A stretch of 64,000 nt of DNA, from contig OZ024740.1 of assembly GCA_964016885.1 (NCBI GenBank), positions 381,114,001 through 381,178,000 of the forward strand, given 5' to 3'. Within the stretch, counting starts at the first letter, position 1; each line of letters starts with the position of its first letter. Source of the DNA: Eledone cirrhosa (Eukaryota). The notes beneath the pieces are model-generated. The model had not been told where the DNA came from. It saw only the letters and a list, made by a program, of their open reading frames with translations, and did not search any database. Both the position numbers and the translations under genes were made by a program. Below are positions 14,080 to 27,924 of the stretch, in pieces.

Positions 14080-14640
14080 GAGGCCTCTAAGTGAGCTCTT
14101 GACTTGTTAGAAATAGTAACCATTATCTCCTTCGACACATCTTAAATAAGGAAATAATAAATTAGTTAAGGTAGTTATACATACCTTGGAATTAGCTGGA
14201 TTGTTGATTATTTGTCTGACTTACCTCCAGGATGAGATTATCAGGCTAGAATGCCCGTGAACATAAATATACTTGATCAAGGTTAAATACCGCAAGACAA
14301 TGAGAAGCTATGTGATCGCTTGTCCTGTTAGAAAAAGTAGACAAATCTCTCTGATTTACAAAAAGATGGAATGGTCACGAATACAATGCTGAACTTCGTC
14401 TAAAAATAACAATTATACAACAAGACGCGATTGCTTGACATGACAGAAATAGCAGCTAAACTCTTTCAAACTTATCCTACCGTTTTATAAAAATAGGATA
14501 CTTTCTATAAATAATGCAATATGCCCGGGGAAAAAACAAAAAAGACAGATGATCACAACTGGAATGCTTTTGGTCATACGTCTGCTCTATCAGAGCTAAC
14601 CTATGGCTAAATAACAGCAACGACAACAATAATAATAATA
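14080..14640 (+). repeat. Old dispersed repeat family C (agaaatagcagccaaatct...ggaatgcctttgatcatagg...ctaaacaacaac), several degraded units
   Basis: Similar degraded units at 3770-3990(-), 18810-19010(-), 19145-19700(-), 40680-41380(+), 56400-57040(+) and 60480-60650. The (CAA)n-type tail suggests a retroposed origin. Confidence 0.6.
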
Positions 14641-14950
14641 AAGAGAGTAAGCATTTTTTTTGAGAGTAAGCATTTTTTTTGTTTAGCAGTCAATTATTTG
14701 CTTTTCATATATGGTTCGAACTTTTTAATCACTTCCGACACTAATGTCATAATGTTTCACTTTTGAATCTTTGACATAGCGGCTATTGTAAGAAAGCTCT
14801 CTAACCAAGGTATGTAAGTATGAGTTGATTGCAGAGTTAAATAACTTTCATTCGAGAATAGAATACATTTTATTCATTTTGAGCTTCTCGAAAATGAAAA
14901 CAATTAAAATAATAACTTTAGATTTATATGTACATATATCTTTACACATA

Positions 14951-16196
14951 CTCAATAGAATCATCTGATTTAAAGGGCTATAATTTTGAAACAAATGATC
15001 ATAAAATCGTGCGGTAACTTGTACAATATAAAGTTTTATAACTTTTATAAAGTTTTTATAAAGATATTTAAAATTTTTACATCTGTTTCTAGATGTCGAC
15101 CCAGCAACTACAAGCATTCTGCGTTCTCCGCGTCAACAAGTGTGAGTCAGTCAGCGTTATTTTTGTAAACAGTACGGAATTGCACCTCCTACTGCTCAGA
15201 CAATTTTCACGTTGGCACACACAGTTTCGAGAGAATGGTTGTTTATGTAAAGGGAAATCTACATAGCGCACCCTTTTTTCTGACGAAGACATTGAGCGCA
15301 CCCGGCAGAGTTTTGTGCGTAGTCCAAAAAGACCACACGTAGTGCCAGTCGAGAATTAGTAATTCCCCATATGTCTATGCAGTGTGTTTTGCGGCGACTT
15401 TTATTATTTAAACAATACAAGATTCAATGTGTACAAGCCCTCTGCGTAAGTGATAAATAATGGCATATGGAGTTCGGTGAATTCAATCTGGGTATGGAGA
15501 TGGAAGAGGATACTTTTCTATCACGCTTAGTGTTTAGTCACGAGGCCATGTTCCATTTAAGTGGGAAGGGGATCCACCATAACGTAAGAATTTGGGGATC
15601 AGAAGTCACGTGCAATAGTCTAGCATGAGCGAAACTCCCTAAAACTTAATGTCTTTTGTGCCGTTTCCCGACATAAGGTTTACAGTCCGTATTTTTTTGC
15701 GAAAAACGGTATTGCGGGAATCTCATATCTGGAAATGTTATAGAAATGGCTTCTTTCGAAATAAGCAGATTCCAATGTTTTCATTTTGCAACAGGACGGA
15801 GCCCCACCACATGGGCACAGGGATGTATGATTATTTCTTAACACGGTGCTTCTTCAAAGATGGATCGACCGTAAAGTTGTTACTGATTTTGCACTTCACG
15901 ACTGGCCATCAAGTTCGCCCGATCTTACTGTCTGTGAGTTTTTCTTGTGGATGAACTGAGAAACCACATACCAAGAGCAGAGGTTGCAGTAACACCAGAC
16001 AGACTCACTCGAGTATGGAACGAGTTTGACTATCGTGTAGATGAACGCCGTCTGTCCGGAGGAGGGCATATTGAGCCTTTTAAAAATTGTAAATAAAACT
16101 TTATATTCAGACATGTCTTGTACAAGTTACCATATATTTACATCTGTGTAAAAAATATAGCCTATTAAATCGGATGATTCTATTTGAAACACCCTA
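14951..16196 (+). mobile_element. Tc1/mariner-superfamily transposon relic with degenerate transposase
   Basis: Motifs APPTAQTISRWHTQFRENGC, LVFSHEAMFHLSG, NVRIWGSE, ILQQDGAPPH, WPSSSPDLTVCEFFLW. TIRs ctcaatagaatcatctgatttaaagggctat (14951) and atagcctattaaatcggatgattctatttgaaacaccc-ta (~16157-16196). Confidence 0.88.
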
Positions 16197-17379
16197 TATT
16201 GTGGTTGTGTAAAATATATCTATATATAAATCTGAAATTATTATTTTAATTGTTTGCTTTTATGTTTTCTGTCTTGAGCTTTTCCTTTCTCAGTAATTCC
16301 TTGTATTTTAATGGCTTTTTCACTTTGGGGTTAGTAAATTAAAAACAAAATGCTTCAGGCCGGCGCTGCTCTCGGTGTATATTTTTGTCTTTGTAAATGC
16401 TCAATAAGATCAGTGCTGACAAGCAGGATTTAAGTTGCTCACTGGTAATAGATACTATTGTCATAATCCTCATCATTATCATGTATAATGAAATATGAAT
16501 ATCTGAACCGGTATTACGATTCATTAGAGATAGTAGCAACATTTTTTTAAAATATATCCTACCGTCTTAAGAAACGAAGAATAAATATGATTATGTAGAT
16601 CTAGATACACTGTGTCTGAAATTGTGTAGGACTATATCAGTTCAAATTTCTTTTTATCATGTATGTATGTTGAATAGTCACAGTAGCTAGAAAAATAAAA
16701 CATTTGCTAAATGAATTATACAGTTTCTAATAAAATGTTTAAAATTTAACTGAGCATCTACCGAAAGGAAATCTTACCACTCATTAATTTCAAAGAATGT
16801 GTTACAAATGTAACGGGAAAAGAAATAGAAAAATATATCAGAAGGATGAACCCATATTATGTGTAAGGTTGTATAGGAAATAAATAACGCTTAGTCATGG
16901 GGCCAATTCTAAAATCTCATTGCATAGAAAAGCTTAACGCGTAAAAACTTGATTTGCAAAACAGATTGAAACGTTTCTAAAAAATAACCTCAACCCACTG
17001 AGACAACTAACAAAAACTGAAATCAGAAATGAAAATAAAAAAGAGGGCTTAAAACATCTGTCATTTCTAATCTGGATAGCTTCGTGATAAGATCATATGA
17101 TGTTGTAACATCAATAATGTGGACCTGAGAAAATTTAAAATAAAAATAGATTTAAATATATATATATATATTTAAAATGCATTTCTTAAATATGTAAATT
17201 TATAGATATGAAACTTGTTTAAATAGATAAGTATATACATGCACATAAATACATTCCTAGATTAACACAGTGGGTGAGTAAGTGAATTAACTTTCGTGGT
17301 TAAGAAATCCACTTTGCAAATATATGATTTCGGATTTAATTGAATTCCATTACATTGATATTAGACAAGTGTCCTTCAT

Positions 17380-17830
17380 CATAACAGCTCAACCAACGAC
17401 CAAAGCTTTGTACGTGAAATTTCGTAAACGAAGATTTTGTAGAAGCTCGTTGGAGGGACGATTCCTGTTTTCGAATAGTAGAGTTAATCCGTCGTTCAGT
17501 TTGACATCACTTGACCCCTTGTGTTCAATTCACATCAACAATGATATGACTGTATCTCAAAGATTGGTGTTCCTCTTAAGAGGTGGAAAATATTTCATCC
17601 ACCAACCACTAACAAAGTTGTGCTCCTATATATTGGAAGGTGTCTTGCAACACACAGTCATTCTAGGCGACATTACAAAAATAAAGTCTACCCGACTGAT
17701 TGATATGAAGTTTCTCACTTCCAAACTCTAATCCTCTGTCTTACAGATGTGTCGTCATCTCACTAACTTTTCTACGGCTTCTACAAGAAATTCTGCTCCT
17801 CGGAGCTGGCTGATCTCGTATCACACGAAC
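17380..17830 (-). mobile_element. Highly degraded LINE RT fragment (RTE-like)
   Basis: Faint remnant YRSTTLLVVGG*NIF resembles NYRGISLLSxxGKIF. Weak evidence. Confidence 0.3.
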
Positions 17831-19303
17831 TGAGACACTTCTGACTACCATAATGTTCTCGTTAACCATATTGTACACACCCCTATCCGCCAGTCTCTGC
17901 ATAAACCAACTCTTCCAGTCGCTCCTTCTCAGTATATCAACGTACTGGAATTCAGTGGCAGCCCATATATTCCCTAAAGCTATCAGCTTGTAATTGTTCA
18001 AGAAAAACATTAATTAAGTCGATGTCACCACCATTTTCGAATGTCATCGGCACAACTCCTTCATCCAGATCAAATCAATAAAAATAATACAATTATCAAA
18101 TTATATATTATAGAGTTTATAATTCAATTACCCTCAAAACATTTTTGTGTTATGGTTATTTTTGAACTTTCTACCATTCTTTGCTTTATCATTTTCTCCC
18201 ATGTCATTTCTTTCTCTCCCGCATCCCCACACATACATATACACATTCTACCCATATCTAAATTTCCTTCCCCATCTGTATTCATTTCTAAATCAGTCTT
18301 TCCTAGCTATTTTTTTGCTTTTCATACACACAAACTGATAAACACACGCTCCCCCCCCCCCCACACTCTCTCTCTCACGCACATACACACACACACACAA
18401 ACACTATCTCTTTCTGAGAGACCTCTCTCTCTCGCTCGCTCACTCTCTCCGTTTCTTTTCTTATAACTGGGTATGTCTGATGTTTTAATATGTATATTCA
18501 GATATTTGTGGATTGTCGTCTTTTGGACAGTGGACAGGATTGGGGAGAAAATGACAAATGTAAATACATATTTTTAATTTGTAAACTTTGAGAATCTAGT
18601 AATTAATGTGTTTGTGACGTAATGTTGATCGAATCAGGAAGGAAGTAAAGGTAAGGGTGAGATTACAAAGGCGGTTATGATTCGCATTTCTGGTGTTAGT
18701 TGTGATAGGGTTATTGTTTCTGTCGTGGCGGTGTTGGAGATCTGAGCGCTATTTCTAGTATACAGAGAAATCGCATATAGGATCCCTCGATGGCTTAGTA
18801 TTGATATAATGTTGTTGTTTTGCCCCAAGTTAGTCCTGATGAGTCTGACCTATGGACAAAGGCATTCCAATCGTAGCCATCATGTTTATAAGGAGTGTGG
18901 TTAAATTATCTAATGCGTCCCTCCTTTATTAAAGACAGTTGTGTTTGATTTGAAAGAGATTTGGCTGTTATGTCTAGCATGTCAAGTGTTTACATTAAGG
19001 CTTCCGTGTTGATATTAAAGATAGTAGTGGTAGGAATAGGAGTATTGTTAATAACAACAGTGGTGGGGATAATGTTCAATGTATAGGTCCCAATAGTAGT
19101 AAGTACTAGTGGAGCCCGAGTTAGAGATGGTGATGGAGCATATATCATTGTTGTTTAACCTCAGGTCGGCCTTAATCGAGTAAGCCTATGATGGAGGGCG
19201 TTCCATTACTGACCACCCAGCCCATCATTTTTCAGAGACTGATTTTTGCACCACATTATACAATAAGTCCTTCTCCCTCGCTGTTGTCATCATTATTTCT
19301 GTT

Positions 19304-19444
19304 TAACTTGGGGCTAAACAGAAATAATTGTTTCTACCTTTGGCACAAGGCCAGCAATTACCCATAAAGTACCAGTAATACACTGGGTAATTGCTGGCCT
19401 TGTGCCAAAGGTAGAAACAATTATTTCTGTTTAGCCCCAAGTTA
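19304..19444. repeat. Perfect 61-bp inverted repeat with 19-nt spacer (SINE A tail plus flank)
   Basis: 19304-19364 is the exact reverse complement of 19384-19444. Confidence 0.95.
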
Positions 19445-19870
19445 TGGTTTTGTAGTGTGTGTCCTTGACAATATTTTCCAATATATATTTCTTTTCCTAA
19501 AGTAAGGTGCAGTTTAAGAGAGATTCCGCTGCTATTTCTATCAGAATTGTGATCAAAGGTATTTCGCCATGAACATCCTGCCTTTTTAGAATAAAATTTA
19601 GCATTAGTATAGCCAATATATAATTTCTCAAGACAATTGGGTGCAATTTAAGGAAGATTTGAATGCTATTTTTAGCAGATCGAGCGATCGGTAGAGGCTC
19701 CTTTGTTGTCTCATACTATTGACTTGATTGATCACGGTAGTGATAATAATAATCTTGATTTTGTGAAGTACCAGTCAAACCTGATCAATCAGTTCTATGA
19801 CACTCAAGTAGTTGGGAAAACAAGGAAACACGACACATATCTAACACGACACACTATCTTCCTGAGTATA

Positions 19871-20068
19871 CAGGGGTAGACTGAAAAGTTCATAGGCTGA
19901 CTATAACGGAGTGATTCTAGAGCTGTGAAATCTTGTATGCATTAATTTCAACTCTTCTTATTCATAATTGCATCGTTTCTTTCCAGGGTCTATGTTGAAA
20001 AGTAAATCTCATTTGGTCATTCCACGAGAGTATCTTGGTTAGTCTATGAACTCGTCACCCGACACTCG
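19871..20068. mobile_element. Mariner-derived MITE (~200 bp); related copies in opposite orientation at 32154-32319 and 54540-54720
   Basis: TIRs ~cgagggtcggctgaaaagttcataggctgac, TA flanks, shared interior (atactctcatggaatgaccaaat, aattaatgcat, tttcacagctc). Confidence 0.75.
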
Positions 20069-20381
20069 TACCGCGTATTTACTTAGTTAGGAACTATACT
20101 GTAATCGCCGATTTGTAATGATACATTTTATGGAATGCAATGTGAATAGGTGGAGATAGTATTTTTAGGGTGCTGTTATAGTAGTGCACTGGGATGTTAT
20201 ATACATTTGGAGGTATTCTTTTATGTAACGATAGGGACTGTAGGAGTTAAAACTTATGTCGGAAACAAATTGTGCTTCACCTATATCCTTTGATTTATAT
20301 TATTTTTCATATCGGAGGAGTTTAGTTTGTATACAAGTAATAATACATAGTGCTGGCATATTTTTATATTCTTTGTAAGGA

Positions 20382-20484
<103 letters not shown>

Positions 20485-20828
20485 GCGAGAGAGCGTGATT
20501 AGTGGCCCAGGTAGGACTAGCATAATCCATGGTGGATCTTTTACAGCCCACTCCGATGTGCAGTGAAGAATAGTATAGAGTACAGTGTGAAATTCTAGAC
20601 ACGTTGTATTCCCTCTACTGTTCTGCATGCCTACATGGTCTAGTAGTGGCTACAACGAAGGCGGGCAATGTGGGCTGGGTCAGAGTGCAATAGTTACTGC
20701 TCCTCGTTACTTATTGTTCAATGTGTGCATCCTAACACATTTTTTATATAAATGAGGTTGTATTTGAAGTGACACCATGTGGAAAATTCATTATATCTAA
20801 CATGGTTTCAGTTGTTTAGTCTTAGTAA

Positions 20829-21003
20829 AGACCTGCCAACCTCTGAAAACCCAAACGGAGAGTACCATGAAAAAAGTGCCCCCCAAAAAAGGGAAGATTT
20901 TTCATAATGAAAGCTATACACATTTTTACAAAAACGGGGAGACGGGGAGGAATGTGCCAAAACGAGGAGATCTCCCCGGCGGACAGGGAGAGTTGACATG
21001 TCT
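20829..21003. mobile_element. MITE (~175 bp); second copy inverted at 59672-59864
   Basis: TIR-like ends agacctgccaac / gttgacatgtct. Interior cataatgaaagctata, ggagatctcccc and acggagagtaccatgaaaaaag are shared with the 59.7 kb copy. Confidence 0.75.
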
Positions 21004-22112
21004 GTATAGTAGTTAAGCACCACCACCAACAACAAAAACTACCACCGACAATAGTAGCAACACCAATAACAAAAACTTAACGAGGAAAAATATGAATAAT
21101 TAAGCTGAAGTAAAATCTAGTGATAGCTAACTGGATGTGGCTTCGGATATATCACAAGTATTACATTGAACACATGACCAATTCCACTTGAAGTGATTGC
21201 TATAATGTGGAAAGCACAGCATAATAGGTAGCGGGAGCGCTGTGAAATTAACGAGTATTTCATTAGTTTGCAGTTCAGCTTATTATACATTTTAGCCTCA
21301 AGTCAGCCGTGATCAGGCAAACTAGCCATGACAATCCCGTCCTTTTCCTGACTTTGTGTGTCAAGGACAACATTTGTCAACGTGTTTACAGCAGACGACA
21401 CTTGCTGAAGGTGCAGCGCAGTGGGAATGAACCCGAAACTACATGGTGATTGTGAAGCGATTTTTTTAACCCAACACCATACCTTGGATTCTGTTGCAAA
21501 TTTTCAATTAAGCCGAAAAGAAAAAAAGAATCTTGCTCGTTCAGTTTCTTGTGACCAACAATAAAAACAAGTGAATGGTTAAATGGCTTAGTGAAAAGAG
21601 AAAGAGAGAGAGAAAGTGTGTGGGAGAGAAAAAGAAAAAAAAGACAGAAGAGAGAGAAGAAAGAAAGGAAATGATATGGAACTGTATTTTTTTTTTTTGT
21701 ATGTACTATAGAAAAAAAAATTTGATGTCGCTACATTAGATAAATAATAAGTACGATGACGTCATATTTAGTAATTATATACCAAATAGTAGGATAAGTA
21801 TTTGTGACTCACAATTGCAAACTAAGCTGAGGTTTCAGCTCTAAATGCCAAAACACACATTGGAACACTCACATACACAGACAGACATACACAGTCAAGT
21901 GTACACACCTATACATACGCATGCAAACATACATAGACAAGTATATACAGAAAAGCGTACATAACAAAATATACATATATAATATAAATAGATATTTGTA
22001 GGTTTCGATAAGCATTTTAACTGTTCGATTAATTGAACTACCTATTCACTGTATTAAGATGTATATTGACTGAGAGTTCCACAGACGCATGTAACATAAA
22101 CGTAATTCTCAG

Positions 22113-22735
22113 CATAGCCGGCACTACCATTAAGACCAACTGGGCAGCTGTCTAGGGTGAAGACCTGAGGGGAGTGACGCACTACTGAGCCTTAAAGCAT
22201 CGCAGCTTTATATTAATTTTTATAATTAAATTAAATATATAACTTTCAACGATCAATACATAAATCGCTGAATAATTGTTTCTACTTTAGGCACAAGGCC
22301 AGCAATTACCCAGTTCATTACTGGTACTTTATTTTATCGACCCCGTAAGGATGAAAGGCAAAGTCAACCTCGGCGGGATTTGAACTCAGATCGTGAAGGG
22401 ACGTAACTATGCTGGAAAGCATGGCGTCCGACCTTCTACCGATACTGCCAATCCACCACCCATAAATCGCTAAATAATGTTGCCGTGTAACAGTGTTACA
22501 GAAATAGACAAAGTAGTGGAGAAAGTCGAATAGTGTTATGACCTGTCATAATTTGGTGTGGCGGAGTGTGGACTGTGTAGCCGAAAATGCTGGCTTCGTA
22601 ATTTTCTTAAAGTGGTCATAGCAAGAAGTGTAAACAACTTAGTTGATTATTTCGGTTGAGAGAATTTTATTTTATTTGGCTTATACGATTGGGGACGCAC
22701 ATTGTAGAGCACTAAATAATCAGGCGCTAACTCTG
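22113..22735. mobile_element. hAT-like non-autonomous element with 8-bp TSD, containing a SINE A insertion
   Basis: TSD attctcag (22105-22112) / attctcat (22736-22743); ends catagccggc...gctaactctg. Confidence 0.55.
22272..22461 (-). mobile_element. SINE family A copy with ~17-bp TSD
   Basis: ataaatcgct(g/a)aataat at 22260-22276 and 22462-22478. Confidence 0.92.
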
Positions 22736-23314
22736 ATTCTCATGCAGTGTCAGTTTGACTCAGTGTGTGGTTAGCTAGTACAGTTTCTGTTTACCCTATT
22801 TCATTAAAAATTATTGGAATGATCGGAAGAGGAGAGGCCCGTTTCTCCCGTTCTGTGTTCGAAAGTAGATCGAGACCATCAACGTCTCTGTATCTTCCAG
22901 TCATTTACTCAACCGGATGGAATTGCGAGTCGTTCGCCTGCGGCTGGCACAAGCTATCATGAGAGAATATATTATAGTCGAACACTCCTGCCCAATGTGC
23001 CTCGCAGTGAAATCGAACCAGGGTCCATGTAGTTGTGTGACCATACACACACCTAGATACATCATCTAGAAAAGAATATATACCAGGAAAGAAGCAATAG
23101 ATTCCAGTATATATAGAGAAATAAATTAGTCATTTTTACATGGGGGGATAGGATAATTAGTAGAGCACAATCGGAATGTATTTCAGCTACATCCTTTCAT
23201 ATACTGAGTTGAGACCCAGCTGAGGCCCTTCCGATTTATCGATTCACCCACAATAACATGTTTACTGGGCTTTTTACCAATTCGAGAAATTATAATGAAG
23301 CCACACATGTTCAT

Positions 23315-23356
<42 letters not shown>

Positions 23357-23830
23357 AAATACCTTATGACATAGAAAGGTGTTTCAAATACGTGGCGACA
23401 ACTGGAAAATAAATGGTTTTCATCGCCACCAACGGAGCAAATGGATAAAGGGTGGTGCAGATGTTTATGAAAAAGTATGCATCTTTCAGGAAGAATTTCC
23501 CCACATGCAATTCATATGGGGAGGTCTGCAAATCTATTGCTAGGTTAAAAGGACAATGCTGCAAAGAAGAATACATTTCTGCATGCTAACATGTACAACT
23601 TTGTAAGGTCTGGAAAAAATACATAGGTGTCTAACGAATTTAAAGAGCCACTATCTAAAAAAAAGATTCTTTTTTCAAATAGTGAGTGAAAGTTTGAATT
23701 CCTTGGACACGTGTGAACTGTCACACACATATATATATATATAATTTTCTCAGCCATCAACGACATAGGGACATATTCTGGAGTTTCGCCTGCTTATCAC
23801 AGGGTCATTATTTAGCATTAATAAAATGTG

Positions 23831-23862
<32 letters not shown>

Positions 23863-25949
23863 TACATATGTGTGTATGGATGGATGGATGGGTGTTTTTA
23901 TGTATCTATTTATGTATATATATATATGTGTATTTATGTATGTGTGTATGGGTGGATGGATGTTTTTATGTGTGTATGCATGCCATATATGTGTGTGTGT
24001 TGTATTTATTGTTTATTCAGTTTATGTGAAGAGTCATGGTTGTCTGAGAAGGGAGGTAAAGGCTGGATGTTTAGCGAATAATATATTTGAAGCTTCTAGT
24101 ACCCACCTATTTCAGTCGAACGTAAAGGAGCTGGGACATCATAATAATAAGATACACATAGATACGTGAGTACATATACATATTTGGTGTCGCGACCGTT
24201 ATACCACGTGATTATTCTCCCTCCCGAGAATTTTTCATTAGTAGCAGTCAGTTCAAGAATTTGTCCGTTCATTGAAGAGTCTCTTGTAAAGCTGATAGCC
24301 TCACGACCCTGGTGCACTTTAGTTGCACTTTGGCTTTATACCAGTTGGCGAAACTAGTCGGGACGTTGGAGAAAAAATTGGGTATATTTTGTCTATTTTC
24401 TCTTAACATTTATAATTATTATATATATGTGTGTATTATAATGGCTAAAAATAATTCACTTGTAATGGCAGGATACAGTCAATTGCCCCTCCCCCCACCC
24501 TCTTACGTTTTATTGACCCCGAAAATATGGAGGTGAAATTAACCCGGATGTTATTTGAACTCAAGCCTTTGTGGAAAGAAATTAGAAACTTAGGTATTTA
24601 CTTCGGTGCTCTACTTTTTTTCTCAACTCAACACCCTCAAAGATGTAGAATATCATATACATTTCATAGCAAGCTTATCTATACATAGCAGGAACAAATA
24701 AGAAAGAAAAAAATATGGTATGTCCTAGATGAAGATCGGATATCAAGCGACAGTTTAGTTACTATTGAATATGCTAGATTAAAATCTCCCTAATTTTACA
24801 CCTCATTTAGGATATTTACAACCAGGCTCTGGCCTTAAGTGTAGTCAATAAATTCAATGACATCTGTCATTGTTATCTGAATTCAATGTTTTTTTCATGT
24901 TGCCTCTGATTGTTTATCTTTCAAGCTATAAGTATTCCCAGCATAGAAACCACAACTATTGCTTGACAAAGAAAATTCCATTCCAACCTGTATCATACAA
25001 AAGACCACGGTCTGTTTTGTAACGTTTTTAAAAGGGAGTCCACACGAGAGTTTTGTAAGTTCAAATTGCGTGAGAAGTGTAGAATCTAACGTTTCTGGTC
25101 TCATGAAAAGTGAGTAACCGATAAAAGGTAGCGTTGTTGTTTTGTCTGTAGGTAACTGAATAGTAAGCATGTATTACAGCAAAGCGGCAATACGACTTTT
25201 CATCTCTTTTTCATTCACAGATGATGGCTACATCCGAAACGTTAATCTCTACACTCGTCACTGCAATTTGAACTTATTTTCATTGAAAATATGTAGAGCT
25301 TATTTCATTTTCGAAACGCACTAGGAAGGTCTATCGTCGGCTCTTTTACGCTCACTCGGGCTATCTGGAAACACCCTACATTCCAAAAGGTCAAACAGAA
25401 TCACACACATAGCTGTCTCGCACACATAACCTACCCCAACTACTGTCCGACATGAAAGAAGCCCGAGAGCTACCTTACTTCGCCGACCTGATGTCACTTA
25501 TTGCCCTACGCTTGTATAACTCTCTACGAATCTCCTATAAATAAGTTGTCAAAGCCGACCATTTCTAGTTTCCTAGGATTCCGCATTTTATCTTATTTAA
25601 AGTTGAAATTTTGTCTAATCTCGTTAATATTTCAAGACAAGTAATGGGATGTAAATTTGAAATAATTCCTCATTTTCATTTTTGCTGGTTATTCTCTGAA
25701 TGATTGAATCAGTTGGCACCCCGCCACTATCTTTTAAAGTCTTATTTTTACCAGGAGAGGAAGAGAAAGAGCAGAAAATATATTTACTCTACGAAGGTTC
25801 AAAATGGATAGATGGGCAAGGTGGTTTGAGAGAATTAACTGAATTTATTTCACTGGATTTTGATAAGAAGTTTGAATACATTTGTTTTGGCAATGTGAGA
25901 TTTCTAATAATAAATAACAAGTGTAATTTTCAGTAAGCTATTGGAATGT

Positions 25950-26340
25950 TGGAGTACAGTTGAACATCTCGTATACTTGTATCGTGACAAAGTTAAGTTA
26001 ACACGATGGAGTTGAACTGCCTTCAAAGTAAATTGTGCACACATTAATCATGCGACTTTAAATGAGAGTAGATGCGTTTAATTAAAGCATTCATACCTCT
26101 CTCGTTGCCATACATCTGACTGCGATAATGTCTACACTTACCAGCACATCTGGCCCGCTGACATGCTGTCTCCTCAGAAGCCTTTTCTATTCCCTCAACA
26201 GTTATTCATGTCCCTCGAAGCGTTGTTCTAGTACCACCTCCACCTGTCCTTTCAATACTCCTATTTTGTTCATGCAATAACCACCCGGTACTTCCTTATA
26301 AGAAGATCAATCCTTTAGAATTCCCAGTCTGATCATGTTT
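25950..26340 (-). mobile_element. Degraded LINE RT N-terminal fragment
   Basis: ITVEGIEKA...VSGPDVL remnant of RT domain 0, across a frameshift. Confidence 0.3.
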
Positions 26341-26569
26341 TAACTACAGCCGTAAATTCGCAATATTAACCACATCGAGTTTAGCGATTTCGAGGGACCG
26401 GAAAAGGCTGTGGCTGTAGCCTCTCTCCCTAGACGAAATCAATATAATAAAAATTCAGCCATGTAATTGATGGGAAAAGATAGAAAACGGGAATCGAAAC
26501 GAGGCGGCAGCTTTTGTTAATCGATAGTTTATAGTGATATGTTTATTACATTTAGGTTTTATGCAAACA

Positions 26570-27345
26570 TAAAAGAAACAATATAATGGACCCTGGCGGA
26601 AGATAAGATTAGAAGGTGATATAACTTAGCCCAGGAAAGATCTAGGTAAAATGGATGCGTAATATAGAGGGAAATGGAGAAAGGCTGAAGTAGGGGAGAA
26701 ACGACGCATGGACATGGGGTATAAAATATAGTTGAAAGGTTTGAATGTAGTGATGGAATAAGTGAATCAGCGAATTAATGCAACATCTAATCGAGTTAGG
26801 CGTTATACACATAGACAAAAGGAATATGGCTGTCTACAAATTAGAAAATGTTTTTTAGAACACCGTTAGGAGAAAATGGTGCAGAAGTTGCACCAAACGC
26901 TGAAGAATCCACACAATTTTGGTCACATCTATAGAGGAGTGAAAAGGCATGACAGAAATGCGAGGTCTATAAATTAAATTGAGCATAAGTTATCTAATGA
27001 ACCAAAACAGAGATGGGAAAACATTTCAAAGAAAGTCATTCAAGAGCAAGTTCGGAAAATACAAAACTCGTTATCTCCTGGACTGGATAGAATCCAAGGA
27101 TTCTGGTTGAAAAGGTTTAGAAGTGTCTATTCAAGGCTAGGGAGGCACCTATATGATTGGGTAGTACAGGGAGAAGTTTCAATTTGGATGGTTAAAGGAC
27201 AGACAACTTTGATAATAAAGGATAAATGGAAAGACCCGTTAGTTGGAAATTATAGGCCGATTGTTTGCTTGAATTCGTTTTGGCAGCTGTTAGTTGGCAT
27301 TTTTGTTACAAAAGTATATGAACACAAAAAGCTTTACAAAAAAAT
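26570..27345 (+). mobile_element. R4/Dong-clade LINE RT fragment
   Basis: SPGLDRIQGFWLKRF..WMVKGQTTLIIKD..GNYRPIVCLNSFWQLLVGI (ORF 27107-27352). Confidence 0.85.
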
Positions 27346-27379
27346 ACATTAAGGATAGCAAAACATAGTACATGTGGAT

Positions 27380-27728
27380 TTCTGCGTGTAAAAATGAGTA
27401 TAAAGCAAAAACAAAGGATGTAACAAAAAAATAGAAACCAAAGAAAAATTCCCCCACAAAAGCCACAGTCACCCTGATCATCAAGGCAAGTGCCCTCGCC
27501 CAGGTGTCATTCCTCAATCTACAGGCACACGCTCAGAGCAGGCTCGTTCACTCGGGCCATTCTTGCCTCTTTTACCCACCTTTCAACAAATTGCTTTGAA
27601 GGCAGGACTTCCTTGAAGGCAGGACTTCCTTCTCCGCACTGATTTTTTTTCTTCGAGTGAAACCTAAAGAAGTTAATCGGGGGGTCGCCGAAGAGGAAAG
27701 TACCCGTCTTTATCCCTTTCAGACACAT
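27380..27728 (-). mobile_element. Tx1/L1-like LINE extreme 3' end
   Basis: INFFRFHSKKK..FVERWVKEARMARVN ORF2-like C-terminus followed by a T-rich 3' UTR. Confidence 0.55.
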
Positions 27729-27730
27729 CC

Positions 27731-27924
27731 ATAATAATTGTTTCTACTTTTGGCACAAGGCCAGCAATTACCCAATTCATTACTGGTACTTTATTTTATC
27801 GACCCCTAAGGATGAAAGGCAAAGTTAACCTCGGTGGGATTTGAACTCAGATCATAAAGTGCCGTAACTCTTTGCTGCAAAGCATGGCGTCCGACCCTCT
27901 ACCGATACTGCCAATCCACCACCC
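27731..27924 (-). mobile_element. SINE family A copy with TSD
   Basis: gac(a/g)catccataataat at 27722-27738 and 27930-27946. Confidence 0.92.

Noticed and set aside
18836-18865. CTGATGA-GTC..GAC-AAAG as a hammerhead
   Set aside because: Lacks GAAA; other copies of this repeat read ctgatc(g/a)ag..gacctatga, so the match is incidental.
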